A stretch of DNA of 33,639 bases. Origin: a virus (lineage: Duplodnaviria; Caudoviricetes). The translations under genes were made by a program, and so were the position numbers. Shown piece after piece: positions 25,106 through 32,106 of the stretch. Numbering within the stretch: position 1 is the stretch's first letter; each line of letters opens with the position of its first letter. Under the pieces are notes generated by a model. The model did no database searches. It was not told the origin of the DNA and was given only the letters and a program-made list of their open reading frames with translations. Location: positions 1 through 33,639 of the IMG/VR virus record IMGVR_UViG_3300013767_000197. One strand, written 5' to 3'.

Positions 25106-26983
25106 ATGAAGCTATGCCTCAAAGCCGGCGCGCTTGCGCTGGCGGTCTTGCTCGTTCCGTCGCTCGCTGGCGCGCAGGTCAATCAGGGGTCCTCGCCGCT
25201 GTCGATCGCCAAAGGTGGCACGGCCGCTTCGACGGCGGCAGCCGCGCGCACAAGCCTTCTTGGCGCAACGATCGCCGCATGGATGGCAACGCCATCGAGC
25301 GCGAATCTTGCCGCTGTCCTGACGGATGAAACCGGCACGGGGCCAGTAGTCTTCGGAACTTCGCCCACGATTACGACGCCCTCCGTTGTTTTCGGATCGG
25401 GTGCCAATAATGCGATTACGGCATCATCTACCAATACCGGGTTTTTTAACGTCTGGACGGTCGGAAACGCCGGTGTGGTGTCCAATGCCGGCACGCAAGC
25501 CGTTTTGCAGGCGATGCTTACCTCTGGAGCAAATACGTTCTTCAATCTTAGTGTAGTTGGCGGAGCATCGCCCAGCGCCTCTCTTTATAGCGGCGCTGGT
25601 CTGACAGGCGGCCTGTCGATCGCCGCAACCGCGGGCCCGCTCACGATCCAAAACCCTACACTGACCACGCCGAATCTCGGCACGCCCTCCGCGGGCGTGC
25701 TGACCAATACGACAGGCCTGCCGATCGCGACCGGCGTATCCGGGCTCGCCAGCGGCATTGCCAGCTGGCTCGCCGCGCCGTCGAGCGCAAACCTTCGTTC
25801 GGCCCTGACGGATGAAACCGGCACGGGCTCTGCTGTGTTCGGCACGTCACCGACCATCTCGGCGCCCGCGGTGACGGGCCTGGCCGACGTCCAGGGCGCG
25901 ATCAGGTTCTCGACCCAGACCGCGCCGCCTCAGATCACGGCGAACCAGAACGACTATAATCCGTCATCGGTCAATTGCGCGACCTCGACCACGCTTCTGC
26001 TCAACTCCGATGCCGCGCGCGACATCACCGGGCTTGCCGGAGGCGTGGCCGGCTGCGAAATGCGGCTGGTCAACAATGGCGCCTTCACGATCACGCTGAA
26101 GGAACAGAACGCTTCCTCCAGCGCAGCCAACCGCTTCAACACCGGCGGCGACATCGCGCTGGTGGCAAGCGCGGGTATCACGCTGCTCTATGATGGAGCA
26201 GCGTCGCGCTGGCGCATGGCTTCGCCTGCAACGACCGGCGGCGGCAGCGGTACGGTGACCAGCGTGATCTGCGGCGCTGGCTTGTCGGGCGGCACTATCA
26301 CCACGTCGGGCACGTGCTCGCAGCGCTCTGTTAGCGTGCAGAGATTTACTGCGGGGCAAAGCGGTACCTACACGACGCCGGCTGGCGTCAAGTGGATCGA
26401 AATCCACATGGTTGGCGGCGGTGGCGGCGGTGGCGGCGGCGGCAACTCGACCGCCGCGACCGCCGGCGGCAACACTTGCTGGAATAACGCCCCCACAGCA
26501 GCCTGCACCTCGCCGGTCTATCAGGCCGGCGGGGGTGGTGCAGGCGTAGGAGGCGGCGGCGCTGCCGCCGGTGCTGCTCCTGCCGGGGGAGCCGTTTCAG
26601 GTAGCGGTACTTGCGATTGGAGCGTCGCAGGGGGGTCTGGCACCGGTGGCTTCGCCACAGGAAGTATCTTGAACTATGTAGGCGGTAGCGGCGGCAGCTC
26701 CTCCCTAGGCGGGGCAGGTGGCGGCAGTGCGAACGGCGGCGCGAACCCGGGCGGCACAGCCGCCGCGAACAGCGGCTCCGGAGGCGGCGGAGGTGGAATC
26801 AACGCCACGACGTCAGCCTCGGGCTCGGGTGGCGGCGCAGGCGCCACCTGTCACGTCATCGTCAACAACCCGGCTGCTACCTACACCTACGCGGTAGCTG
26901 GAACTGCGTCTGGCGCCAGTGGCACCGGTGGTGGCGCGGGCGGGACCGGTGCGGGCGGGCAGATCATCATCTACGAACACTAG
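25106..26983 (+). CDS. Tail-fibre-like protein with Gly-rich C-terminal domain and predicted Sec signal peptide
   Basis: PLSIAKGGT..AAAART fibre motif; two TDETGTG..VFGTSPTI repeats; SGTYTTPAGVKWIEIHMVGGGGGG; N-terminus MKLCLKAGALALAVLLVPSLAGA|Q. Confidence 0.8.
   Translation: MKLCLKAGALALAVLLVPSLAGAQVNQGSSPLSIAKGGTAASTAAAARTSLLGATIAAWMATPSSANLAAVLTDETGTGPVVFGTSPTITTPSVVFGSGANNAITASSTNTGFFNVWTVGNAGVVSNAGTQAVLQAMLTSGANTFFNLSVVGGASPSASLYSGAGLTGGLSIAATAGPLTIQNPTLTTPNLGTPSAGVLTNTTGLPIATGVSGLASGIASWLAAPSSANLRSALTDETGTGSAVFGTSPTISAPAVTGLADVQGAIRFSTQTAPPQITANQNDYNPSSVNCATSTTLLLNSDAARDITGLAGGVAGCEMRLVNNGAFTITLKEQNASSSAANRFNTGGDIALVASAGITLLYDGAASRWRMASPATTGGGSGTVTSVICGAGLSGGTITTSGTCSQRSVSVQRFTAGQSGTYTTPAGVKWIEIHMVGGGGGGGGGGNSTAATAGGNTCWNNAPTAACTSPVYQAGGGGAGVGGGGAAAGAAPAGGAVSGSGTCDWSVAGGSGTGGFATGSILNYVGGSGGSSSLGGAGGGSANGGANPGGTAAANSGSGGGGGGINATTSASGSGGGAGATCHVIVNNPAATYTYAVAGTASGASGTGGGAGGTGAGGQIIIYEH
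25318..25827 (+). repeat. 24-bp exact direct repeat pair (25318-25341, 25804-25827) within longer diverged repeats
   Basis: CCTGACGGATGAAACCGGCACGGG occurs twice, 486 bp apart. Confidence 0.85.
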
Positions 26984-27087
26984 CGGTGGCGCCTCATAAT
27001 GAAAACGAAGCCGATCAACGCGGAAAGCATGAGCACACCCAAGGCCAATCCCAGGTGTGCGACCTCGTTCATCGATGCTTCCGCCAT
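26980..27087 (-). CDS. 35-aa single-TM peptide MAEASMNEVAHLGLALGVLMLSALIGFVFIMRRHR
   Basis: RBS GGAGAG; hydrophobic core with basic C-tail; stop overlaps the fibre stop (CTAG). Confidence 0.6.
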   Translation of the reverse strand: MAEASMNEVAHLGLALGVLMLSALIGFVFIMRRHR

Positions 27088-27121
27088 AGGTCTCTCCAAG
27101 GGGCGCGCACCGCGGCCGTCG

Positions 27122-27220
27122 TCAACGTTTACGGGGTGCTCTGATCCCGAAGAACAAGAGAGCGGCCGGTAGCGCGATCAGGGCGGCGATCATGACGATG
27201 ATGATGGGCGCTTCGGACAT
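27122..27220 (-). CDS. 32-aa single-TM peptide MSEAPIIIVMIAALIALPAALLFFGIRAPRKR
   Basis: RBS GAGGT; hydrophobic core with basic C-tail. Confidence 0.6.
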   Translation of the reverse strand: MSEAPIIIVMIAALIALPAALLFFGIRAPRKR

Positions 27221-27226
27221 TGGGGC

Positions 27227-27355
27227 CTACCTCTGCGGTGGCAAATAGGAGGTGGCGCCCCAGTATCCCGCAGGTGCAATTGCCTGAAGGCCGGCACTGA
27301 CCGCCGCAACTGCAAAAGCGCAGATCAATAGCAAAAGCAAAATCCGGAAATTCAT
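27227..27355 (-). CDS. 42-aa signal/TM peptide MNFRILLLLLICAFAVAAVSAGLQAIAPAGYWGATSYLPPQR
   Basis: Signal-peptide-like N-terminus; stop 6 nt before the next start; TG-c-TAGCCT extended -10-like motif just upstream. Confidence 0.5.
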   Translation of the reverse strand: MNFRILLLLLICAFAVAAVSAGLQAIAPAGYWGATSYLPPQR

Positions 27356-27445
27356 TACCGGGACAGGCTAGCACCCACAACCACCCCGAGCGGCGCGACA
27401 TTCTGTCGCCTCGCCTTTCTACTCACACTTAAAAGGAAAATCGAA

Positions 27446-28207
27446 ATGACGATCGCAGCCCTTGTGGCCGGCGGTCCCGTTCGCCTGGGCGCGATCGGGC
27501 CGGTGGTGACGGCCATCCAGATGGCCCTTCGCAATGACGGGCGGGATATTCAGGCCGACGGCGAATTCGGCCCGGTCACGCTCGTTGCGGTGAAGGCCTT
27601 CGAGGCAAGCCACGGCCTGCCGGTAGACGGTGTGGTCGACCAGAAGGACGCGGCGGCCCTCGACAAGATCGCGCCGCCGGCATCGGTCCTGAAGGTCGCG
27701 CCGTGGCTCGCCACCATGCGGGCTCTCACGGGCACGAAGGAAGCGCCGGGCGATCGTGACAATCCATTCATCGTCGGCATGGCCGCGGAGATCTGCCGGC
27801 GCTATCCGGATCTGCAGGGCACGGTCGGCTGGTACAATCACGACTCGATCCCCTGGTGCGGCCTCGACATGGGGTATTCGTTCGCCATCAACGGCATCAA
27901 GCCGCCGAAATACTGCCTCTCGGCGCTCGCCTGGGCGGACTTTGGTGTTGCCTTGAAGGCGCCGACGCCGGGAGCCGTGCTGGTCTACAAGCGCACCGGA
28001 GGCGGCCACGTCACGCTCTATGAGAGCGAGGACGACAACTATTATTATTGCCGTGGCGGCAACCAGAACGACGAAATCAACGTCACCAAAATTCCGAAGT
28101 CGCGCAAAATCGAGGCGATCCGCTGGCCGGTAGGTTTCGATGTGCCCAAGGCCGGCCGCAAGTACGGCGCGACCGGCAACGCGGTGAAGGCGGGCAGCGA
28201 AGCGTGA
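27446..28207 (+). CDS. Endolysin: peptidoglycan-binding domain + TIGR02594 (NlpC/P60/CHAP-like) domain
   Basis: DGEFGPVT..AVKAF..GLPVDGVV PG-binding domain; APWL, DSIPWCG, GGGHVTLY, GGNQND catalytic motifs. Confidence 0.9.
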   Translation: MTIAALVAGGPVRLGAIGPVVTAIQMALRNDGRDIQADGEFGPVTLVAVKAFEASHGLPVDGVVDQKDAAALDKIAPPASVLKVAPWLATMRALTGTKEAPGDRDNPFIVGMAAEICRRYPDLQGTVGWYNHDSIPWCGLDMGYSFAINGIKPPKYCLSALAWADFGVALKAPTPGAVLVYKRTGGGHVTLYESEDDNYYYCRGGNQNDEINVTKIPKSRKIEAIRWPVGFDVPKAGRKYGATGNAVKAGSEA

Positions 28208-28401
28208 CTATCACATCCGCCAGGCTCGCGGTCACCCTCATCATCTGCGGCATCTTGCTGATCGTGCATGCGCTGCGCCGATCGGGACGCACGAGCTATG
28301 AGAACGGGTCGTTCCTCTTCGTGATCCTCGAGATGATAGCTGGCGTCAACTGCGTCGCAGCCGGCGCCAGCGTCGCGATCTTCGCGATCCTGTCTTCGTA
28401 A
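28204..28401 (+). CDS. Small 2-TM membrane protein (holin/antiholin candidate)
   Basis: GTGA overlap with the endolysin; two hydrophobic segments. Confidence 0.55.
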   Translation: MTITSARLAVTLIICGILLIVHALRRSGRTSYENGSFLFVILEMIAGVNCVAAGASVAIFAILSS

Positions 28402-28445
28402 ATCCGCCGCGCGACGGCATCGCGCTCTTTCCATGGAGAACTGAA

Positions 28446-28658
28446 GTGAACACCAACATGATTCACAACATCCTCAACATCCTGATCTTGGTCAGCGGCG
28501 TTGCGGCGGGCTTCGACTGGTCTGTCCTCGCGGCCTTCGGCGTCTCGGCGGCCTTCGCTGCCAAGCTCACTGCGTTCTTCGCCGGCCTGAAGCTGACCAT
28601 CAACGCCATCCGTGACGGCTTCTCCGGCCTCGTCAAAGAACAGCCTCCGGTCCAGTGA
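28446..28658 (+). CDS. Putative holin
   Basis: RBS GGAG; 70 aa with 2 hydrophobic segments; located in the lysis cassette. Confidence 0.65.
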   Translation: MNTNMIHNILNILILVSGVAAGFDWSVLAAFGVSAAFAAKLTAFFAGLKLTINAIRDGFSGLVKEQPPVQ

Positions 28659-28870
28659 TGCTGTCGATCGCAAAAGCGGTCGCGGCGTTCTTCGGTTTTC
28701 TGCGCGATCTGCTCGGCTGGAAGCAGCGCGCGGAAGACCGGCAGGCGGGCCGCGACGAAGTCACAGCCAAGGTCAATTCGGAAACGGTGGAGATCACCAA
28801 TGCGATGGAAGACGTTGCTCGCCCTTCCGATGATGCTGTTGCTGACAGCCTGCGAACCGGGAAGTTCTGA
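28658..28870 (+). CDS. i-spanin (Rz-like)
   Basis: N-terminal hydrophobic anchor plus helical region; overlapped at its 3' end by a lipoprotein gene. Confidence 0.65.
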   Translation: MLSIAKAVAAFFGFLRDLLGWKQRAEDRQAGRDEVTAKVNSETVEITNAMEDVARPSDDAVADSLRTGKF

Positions 28871-29051
28871 CGTCGTCGTCAAGATCGTCTGCCCGCGGAT
28901 CAACCAGTACGACGCCGACACGCAGGCGCGCGCGCTCGCTGAATACGACGCGCTACCAAAGGGCTCGGCCCTCCGCCTCTTCATCGGGGATTACAAGCAG
29001 CTGCGCGACCAGGTCCGCGTGTGCCAGACGCGCGGAAAGGCTGTGTCATGA
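28800..29051 (+). CDS. o-spanin (Rz1-like lipoprotein)
   Basis: Lipobox LLLTA|C; additional Cys (VCP, RVC); overlaps the i-spanin gene. Confidence 0.8.
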   Translation: MRWKTLLALPMMLLLTACEPGSSDVVVKIVCPRINQYDADTQARALAEYDALPKGSALRLFIGDYKQLRDQVRVCQTRGKAVS

Positions 29052-29347
29052 CGCGAAGCAGGAAGCCGCCGACCGTGATCGATACCAGCGATTCATCCTG
29101 GCATCTGGACCGAAAAGTGCCGGTTGCGATCATCCTTGCGCTGCTGATGCAGACCGGCGGAATCGTGTGGTGGGGCGCGACAGCTGCGGAGCGGCTCAAC
29201 GCGCTCGAGCGCAAGGTCGAGAGCGCGGCGCCCCAGGCTGATCGTCTCACGAAGGTCGAAACCAGACTGGAAGCCGTGCAGGACGGCATCAGCGAGATCA
29301 AGTCGATCCTGCGTAGAGAGCCGGCTCCCGCGCCCAAGGCGCGGTAG
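29048..29347 (+). CDS. Single-TM coiled-coil phage protein
   Basis: ATGA overlap; WHLDRKVPVAIILALLMQTGGIVWW followed by a heptad region. Confidence 0.7.
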   Translation: MTRSRKPPTVIDTSDSSWHLDRKVPVAIILALLMQTGGIVWWGATAAERLNALERKVESAAPQADRLTKVETRLEAVQDGISEIKSILRREPAPAPKAR

Positions 29348-29374
29348 CGCCCTCCTTCCTACCGAGAGCATCAT

Positions 29375-29719
29375 ATGATCTTCCGCGTTCTTCTCGCGGC
29401 GTGCTTCTGCGCGCTCGCATCGCCCTGCCTTGCCGAGACCGGCATCGCCTCGTTCTACGGCGGCAAGCACCACGGCCTGAAGATGGCGAACGGCCAGATT
29501 TTCAACCAGTGGTCCGACAGCTGCGCGCACAAGGAACATCGGTTCGGGACGAAGCTGCGCGTCACCGATCGCGCGACCGGCCGCAGCGTCGTCTGCGTGG
29601 TGCGCGATCGAGGGCCGTTCAAGGCAGGACGGATCGTCGATCTGTCCGTTGCCGGCGCACGCCAGCTTGGCATTGAGAGCAGGGGCGTTGCGCCCGTCAC
29701 GGTGGAGGTGATCCGATGA
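29375..29719 (+). CDS. RlpA-like (DPBB) lytic transglycosylase with signal peptide
   Basis: GIASFYG, ANG..F, AHK..FGT.LRVT, DRGPF..GRIVDLS..A..LG motifs. Confidence 0.9.
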   Translation: MIFRVLLAACFCALASPCLAETGIASFYGGKHHGLKMANGQIFNQWSDSCAHKEHRFGTKLRVTDRATGRSVVCVVRDRGPFKAGRIVDLSVAGARQLGIESRGVAPVTVEVIR

Positions 29720-29949
29720 AAGATCGTTGGCGACCGATCGAAACCGCTCCAAAGGACGGCACCCACATCCTTGCCTGCCGCATCCCGATCGGCATCCGAG
29801 TTACAATTCAAACGAGTCCTCCGACCGTGGTTCACTGGTTCGATGATCCGGAGGATCCCGGCTTCTATACCAGCGTCAACGAGCGCGCGCCGGAGCGTCC
29901 ATTCAATCCGACACATTGGCAGCCGCTCGACCCGTTGCCTGCGCCATGA
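29716..29949 (+). CDS. DUF551-like phage protein
   Basis: WRPIETAPKDGT...PTHWQPL. Confidence 0.8.
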   Translation: MKDRWRPIETAPKDGTHILACRIPIGIRVTIQTSPPTVVHWFDDPEDPGFYTSVNERAPERPFNPTHWQPLDPLPAP

Positions 29950-30086
29950 CCGAAGCCCTGACCTGGCTGTCGAGCAATCCGGGGAAGTGGGTCGCGACGA
30001 TCATCGTTGTGATCGCGATCCTTCTGGCCTTCTGGCTGATCGAGAACGTGATCGACAAGAGGAGGGGTAGTCGTGGCCGGCATTGA
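29946..30086 (+). CDS. 46-aa single-TM peptide
   Basis: ATGA overlap; MTEALTWLSSNPGKWVATIIVVIAILLAFWLIENVIDKRRGSRGRH. Not in the ORF track. Confidence 0.55.
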   Translation: MTEALTWLSSNPGKWVATIIVVIAILLAFWLIENVIDKRRGSRGRH

Positions 30087-30327
30087 GGTCGAGGCATATC
30101 GGGAGGACGTCGATAATCTGACTGAGGCCCTTCTAGCGGTCGTCGTGGCGCATACGGAAAGCTTGCCGCGCGTTGATCGGGACATCATCGTTGCTGTCGC
30201 CGTGGCGAATGTCACTTGTCGGATCGATACGATCGGCATCGACCGAAAAACCGGCGGCGTCATTCTCAATCCTGCCGGCGCGACGGGGCGGCTCCAGCGC
30301 GTCACCGGAGCGTGGAAGAATGGTTGA
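30073..30327 (+). CDS. Hypothetical protein
   Basis: RBS GGAGG before GTG; operon packing. Confidence 0.55.
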   Translation: MAGIEVEAYREDVDNLTEALLAVVVAHTESLPRVDRDIIVAVAVANVTCRIDTIGIDRKTGGVILNPAGATGRLQRVTGAWKNG

Positions 30328-30504
30328 TCTCACCCGCAGCGACGACATCGAGCGCGAGCTATTCCGCAAGTACAGCATCGCGCTGCGCCTCTGGGCGAGG
30401 AAGTTCAACACGGCAGAGATTGCCGCGCACCTGAAAGAGCCGGAGCACATGTGCAGCGGTGGATATGGCATTGGCGGGAATTGAGCAGGGAGGGAATGAC
30501 GTGA
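30320..30504 (+). pseudogene. Small HTH protein, apparently frameshifted near 30450
   Basis: FNTAEIAAHLKEPEH continues in the -1 frame as VQRWIWHWRELSREGMT*, whose TGA overlaps the next GTG. Confidence 0.5.
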
Positions 30505-30719
30505 AGCGCTTGTATGGCCTTGATGGAAAAAAGTGGGTCGCGTACTTTTGGTTCGTTGGCTGGGACTGCTTTTCGCTTGGCATTCACGTTTGTGCCGGAA
30601 TTCCCAACTTCGAATTTCATCTACCATTCGGGTTTATCCGAATCGGCAGGGCAAGAAAGCCGGTCCCGAGCGACATCTCTCTAACGCTGGTACTCCACGA
30701 ACGTGTGGTAGGACGATGA
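30501..30719 (+). CDS. Hypothetical protein
   Basis: RBS GGAGGG; ATGA overlap downstream. Confidence 0.5.
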   Translation: MKRLYGLDGKKWVAYFWFVGWDCFSLGIHVCAGIPNFEFHLPFGFIRIGRARKPVPSDISLTLVLHERVVGR

Positions 30720-31018
30720 TCGCGCCCGATACTGACGTAGAGATGCTGGCTGACGTGATTTGTGAGCACTTCAGCCGCCGCTGGGGGCAGGACGCGCCGG
30801 TTTCCCGCGAGGAAGCGCTTTTGGTCGCCGCGGCATTTGAAACACGCCGCGAGCACAGCTTAGGTGGCGCGTCCGAAATGACTGAATCCATGCTCGCCGC
30901 TGGAGAGCGTATGCTGGCTGAGGAAATCGGCATTTGCGGAGCCGATGTCGCTCGGGACATTGCTGAAACGGTGTTTACGGCCATGTGGGCCGCGCGAACT
31001 CACCGCACCACCCGGTAG
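30716..31018 (+). CDS. Hypothetical phage protein
   Basis: ATGA overlap; MTESMLAAG..VFTAM motif. Confidence 0.55.
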   Translation: MIAPDTDVEMLADVICEHFSRRWGQDAPVSREEALLVAAAFETRREHSLGGASEMTESMLAAGERMLAEEIGICGADVARDIAETVFTAMWAARTHRTTR

Positions 31019-31290
31019 CGCTTGACCGCCTTCTTCCTTGGCGGCTTTTCCGGCTCCTCCCGCCCATGGTGCAGGGCCTGCCGCATCGCCCATTCCGCGA
31101 GCAGCACCAGTCCGCCGCGCTCGGCCGCCATCAGCAGTTCGCGAGTGGCCGTCTGCCAGTGCTGCTGGGCCGCGATCTCCGGCGGTAGGCCCGTGACGTA
31201 GTCACCCGCATCGCGCAGCGTCGCCAGTTCGCGCCCGTCGGAAAGCGCGATCGGGTCGTCGAATCGGCGGGACCAGCCCTTATCCTTCAT
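31000..31290 (-). CDS. Hypothetical protein (Rhizobiales accessory type)
   Basis: WSRRFDDPIAL.DGREL.TLRDAGDY..LP..WQTA..L..AAE motif. Confidence 0.7.
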   Translation of the reverse strand: MKDKGWSRRFDDPIALSDGRELATLRDAGDYVTGLPPEIAAQQHWQTATRELLMAAERGGLVLLAEWAMRQALHHGREEPEKPPRKKAVKRYRVVR

Positions 31291-31663
31291 CGGGTTCAAA
31301 ACCCCTCGGAAGCCGTGGCGGCTCGCTATCGTCCGGCCGGTTGCAATGCGGGCAGGGCGCGCCGGCCGCTCCACAGGAACAGGCATGCGGGCCTTCCCAT
31401 GGCTGATCCTGGTGCTCCTCGCAGACCCAGCCCGTGTCATCGCATAGCGTGCACCTGTGCTCGATCTCGCCCCGCTTCCACCGCGCCAGCGTTATGGCCT
31501 GTTCCAGCGCCTGGGCCCGCGTCAGCTTGTCCGGCGTCAGCCGCCGGCCGGGGTTGTCGTCCCAATAGAAATACTTCTGCCCGCCCGGCCAGCGGACTTC
31601 GAAGCTGCCGGCGTCGGGGATGACGCTATGGGGGATGATGCGGACGGGGTCGCCTTCGGCCAT
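31280..31663 (-). CDS. Hypothetical protein with C-terminal Cys-rich zinc-binding domain
   Basis: GSFEVR..YFYWDDNPGRR; CTLCDDTGWVCEEH..CSCG..PCPHCN. Confidence 0.7.
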   Translation of the reverse strand: MAEGDPVRIIPHSVIPDAGSFEVRWPGGQKYFYWDDNPGRRLTPDKLTRAQALEQAITLARWKRGEIEHRCTLCDDTGWVCEEHQDQPWEGPHACSCGAAGAPCPHCNRPDDSEPPRLPRGFEPDEG

Positions 31664-31696
31664 GGCCAGAGGCTACCGCGAACAGACCGGGCACGC

Positions 31697-31734
31697 GAGT
31701 TTCGGAAATGCAGCGGAATTTGAGTTTCGGAAAT
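31697..31734 (+). repeat. 13-bp direct repeat GAGTTTCGGAAAT x2 (candidate integrase arm-type sites)
   Basis: Exact copies at 31697-31709 and 31722-31734, between the last phage gene and the tRNA. Confidence 0.7.
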
Positions 31735-31758
31735 TTGTGACAGTCGGGGCGAGGGTGG

Positions 31759-31790
31759 TTGCCCAAGCCTTTGACTTTATATATGCATTC
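31759..31790 (+). promoter_or_regulatory. Probable tRNA promoter
   Basis: TTGCCC followed by an AT-rich TATATATGCAT tract ending about 12 nt before the tRNA. Confidence 0.45.
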
Positions 31791-31800
31791 CGCCCGATGG

Positions 31801-31874
31801 GGCCACGTGGCGGAGTGGTTACGCAGCGGTCTGCAAAACCGTTTACACCAGTTCAATTCTGGTCGTGGCCTCCA
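31801..31874 (+). tRNA. tRNA-Cys (GCA)
   Basis: Acceptor stem GGCCACG/CGTGGCC, anticodon arm GCGGT-CTGCAAA-ACCGT, T-loop GTTCAATT, U73 discriminator and encoded CCA; 74 nt. Confidence 0.97.
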
Positions 31875-31881
31875 TCCATAT

Positions 31882-31894
31882 AATCAAGGGCTTA
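31882..31894 (+). promoter_or_regulatory. IHF consensus site
   Basis: AATCAAGGGCTTA matches WATCAANNNNTTR. Confidence 0.5.
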
Positions 31895-31923
31895 GCCCGA
31901 TTACATCAGAAGCCGCGGCAATC

Positions 31924-32106
31924 CTAGCAGGCGGCGTACCATCCGTCGGGAAACGGTAGCGGCGGCCACGGACGGCGGTCATTGTCGTTGGCGGCACGCG
32001 CCGGCTGGCGAAGCGGCAATGGTTGGGTCATGAACCCCTCCTCGGAATCAGGCGCAATCGCCGTCTGCACGGCGTCCAGCAACTGTTCGAACTCAACTTC
32101 ACTCAT
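31924..32106 (-). CDS. Small hypothetical host protein
   Basis: RBS GGGAG; MSEVEFEQLLDAV...AANDN..WPPLPFPDGWYAAC. Confidence 0.65.
   Translation of the reverse strand: MSEVEFEQLLDAVQTAIAPDSEEGFMTQPLPLRQPARAANDNDRRPWPPLPFPDGWYAAC

Larger units (their letters stand above)
1..31800 (+). mobile_element. Prophage (partial; lambda-like head, non-contractile tail), left end outside window
   Basis: Contiguous co-oriented replication, terminase, portal, capsid, tail and lysis genes ending next to a tRNA-Cys. The right boundary is approximate. Confidence 0.93.

Noticed and set aside
26410-26445. GGC/GGT run as a phase-variable microsatellite
   Set aside because: It is an in-frame poly-Gly typical of Gly-rich fibre domains, with mixed codons.
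14051-26983. Diversity-generating retroelement (repeat pairs in the fibre and duplicated-domain genes)
   Set aside because: No reverse transcriptase in the window; the repeats are in-frame protein repeats and their differences are not adenine-specific.
27129-27401. 90-aa minus-strand ORF in the track
   Set aside because: No motif or RBS; the region is better explained by the small hydrophobic ORFs in other frames.
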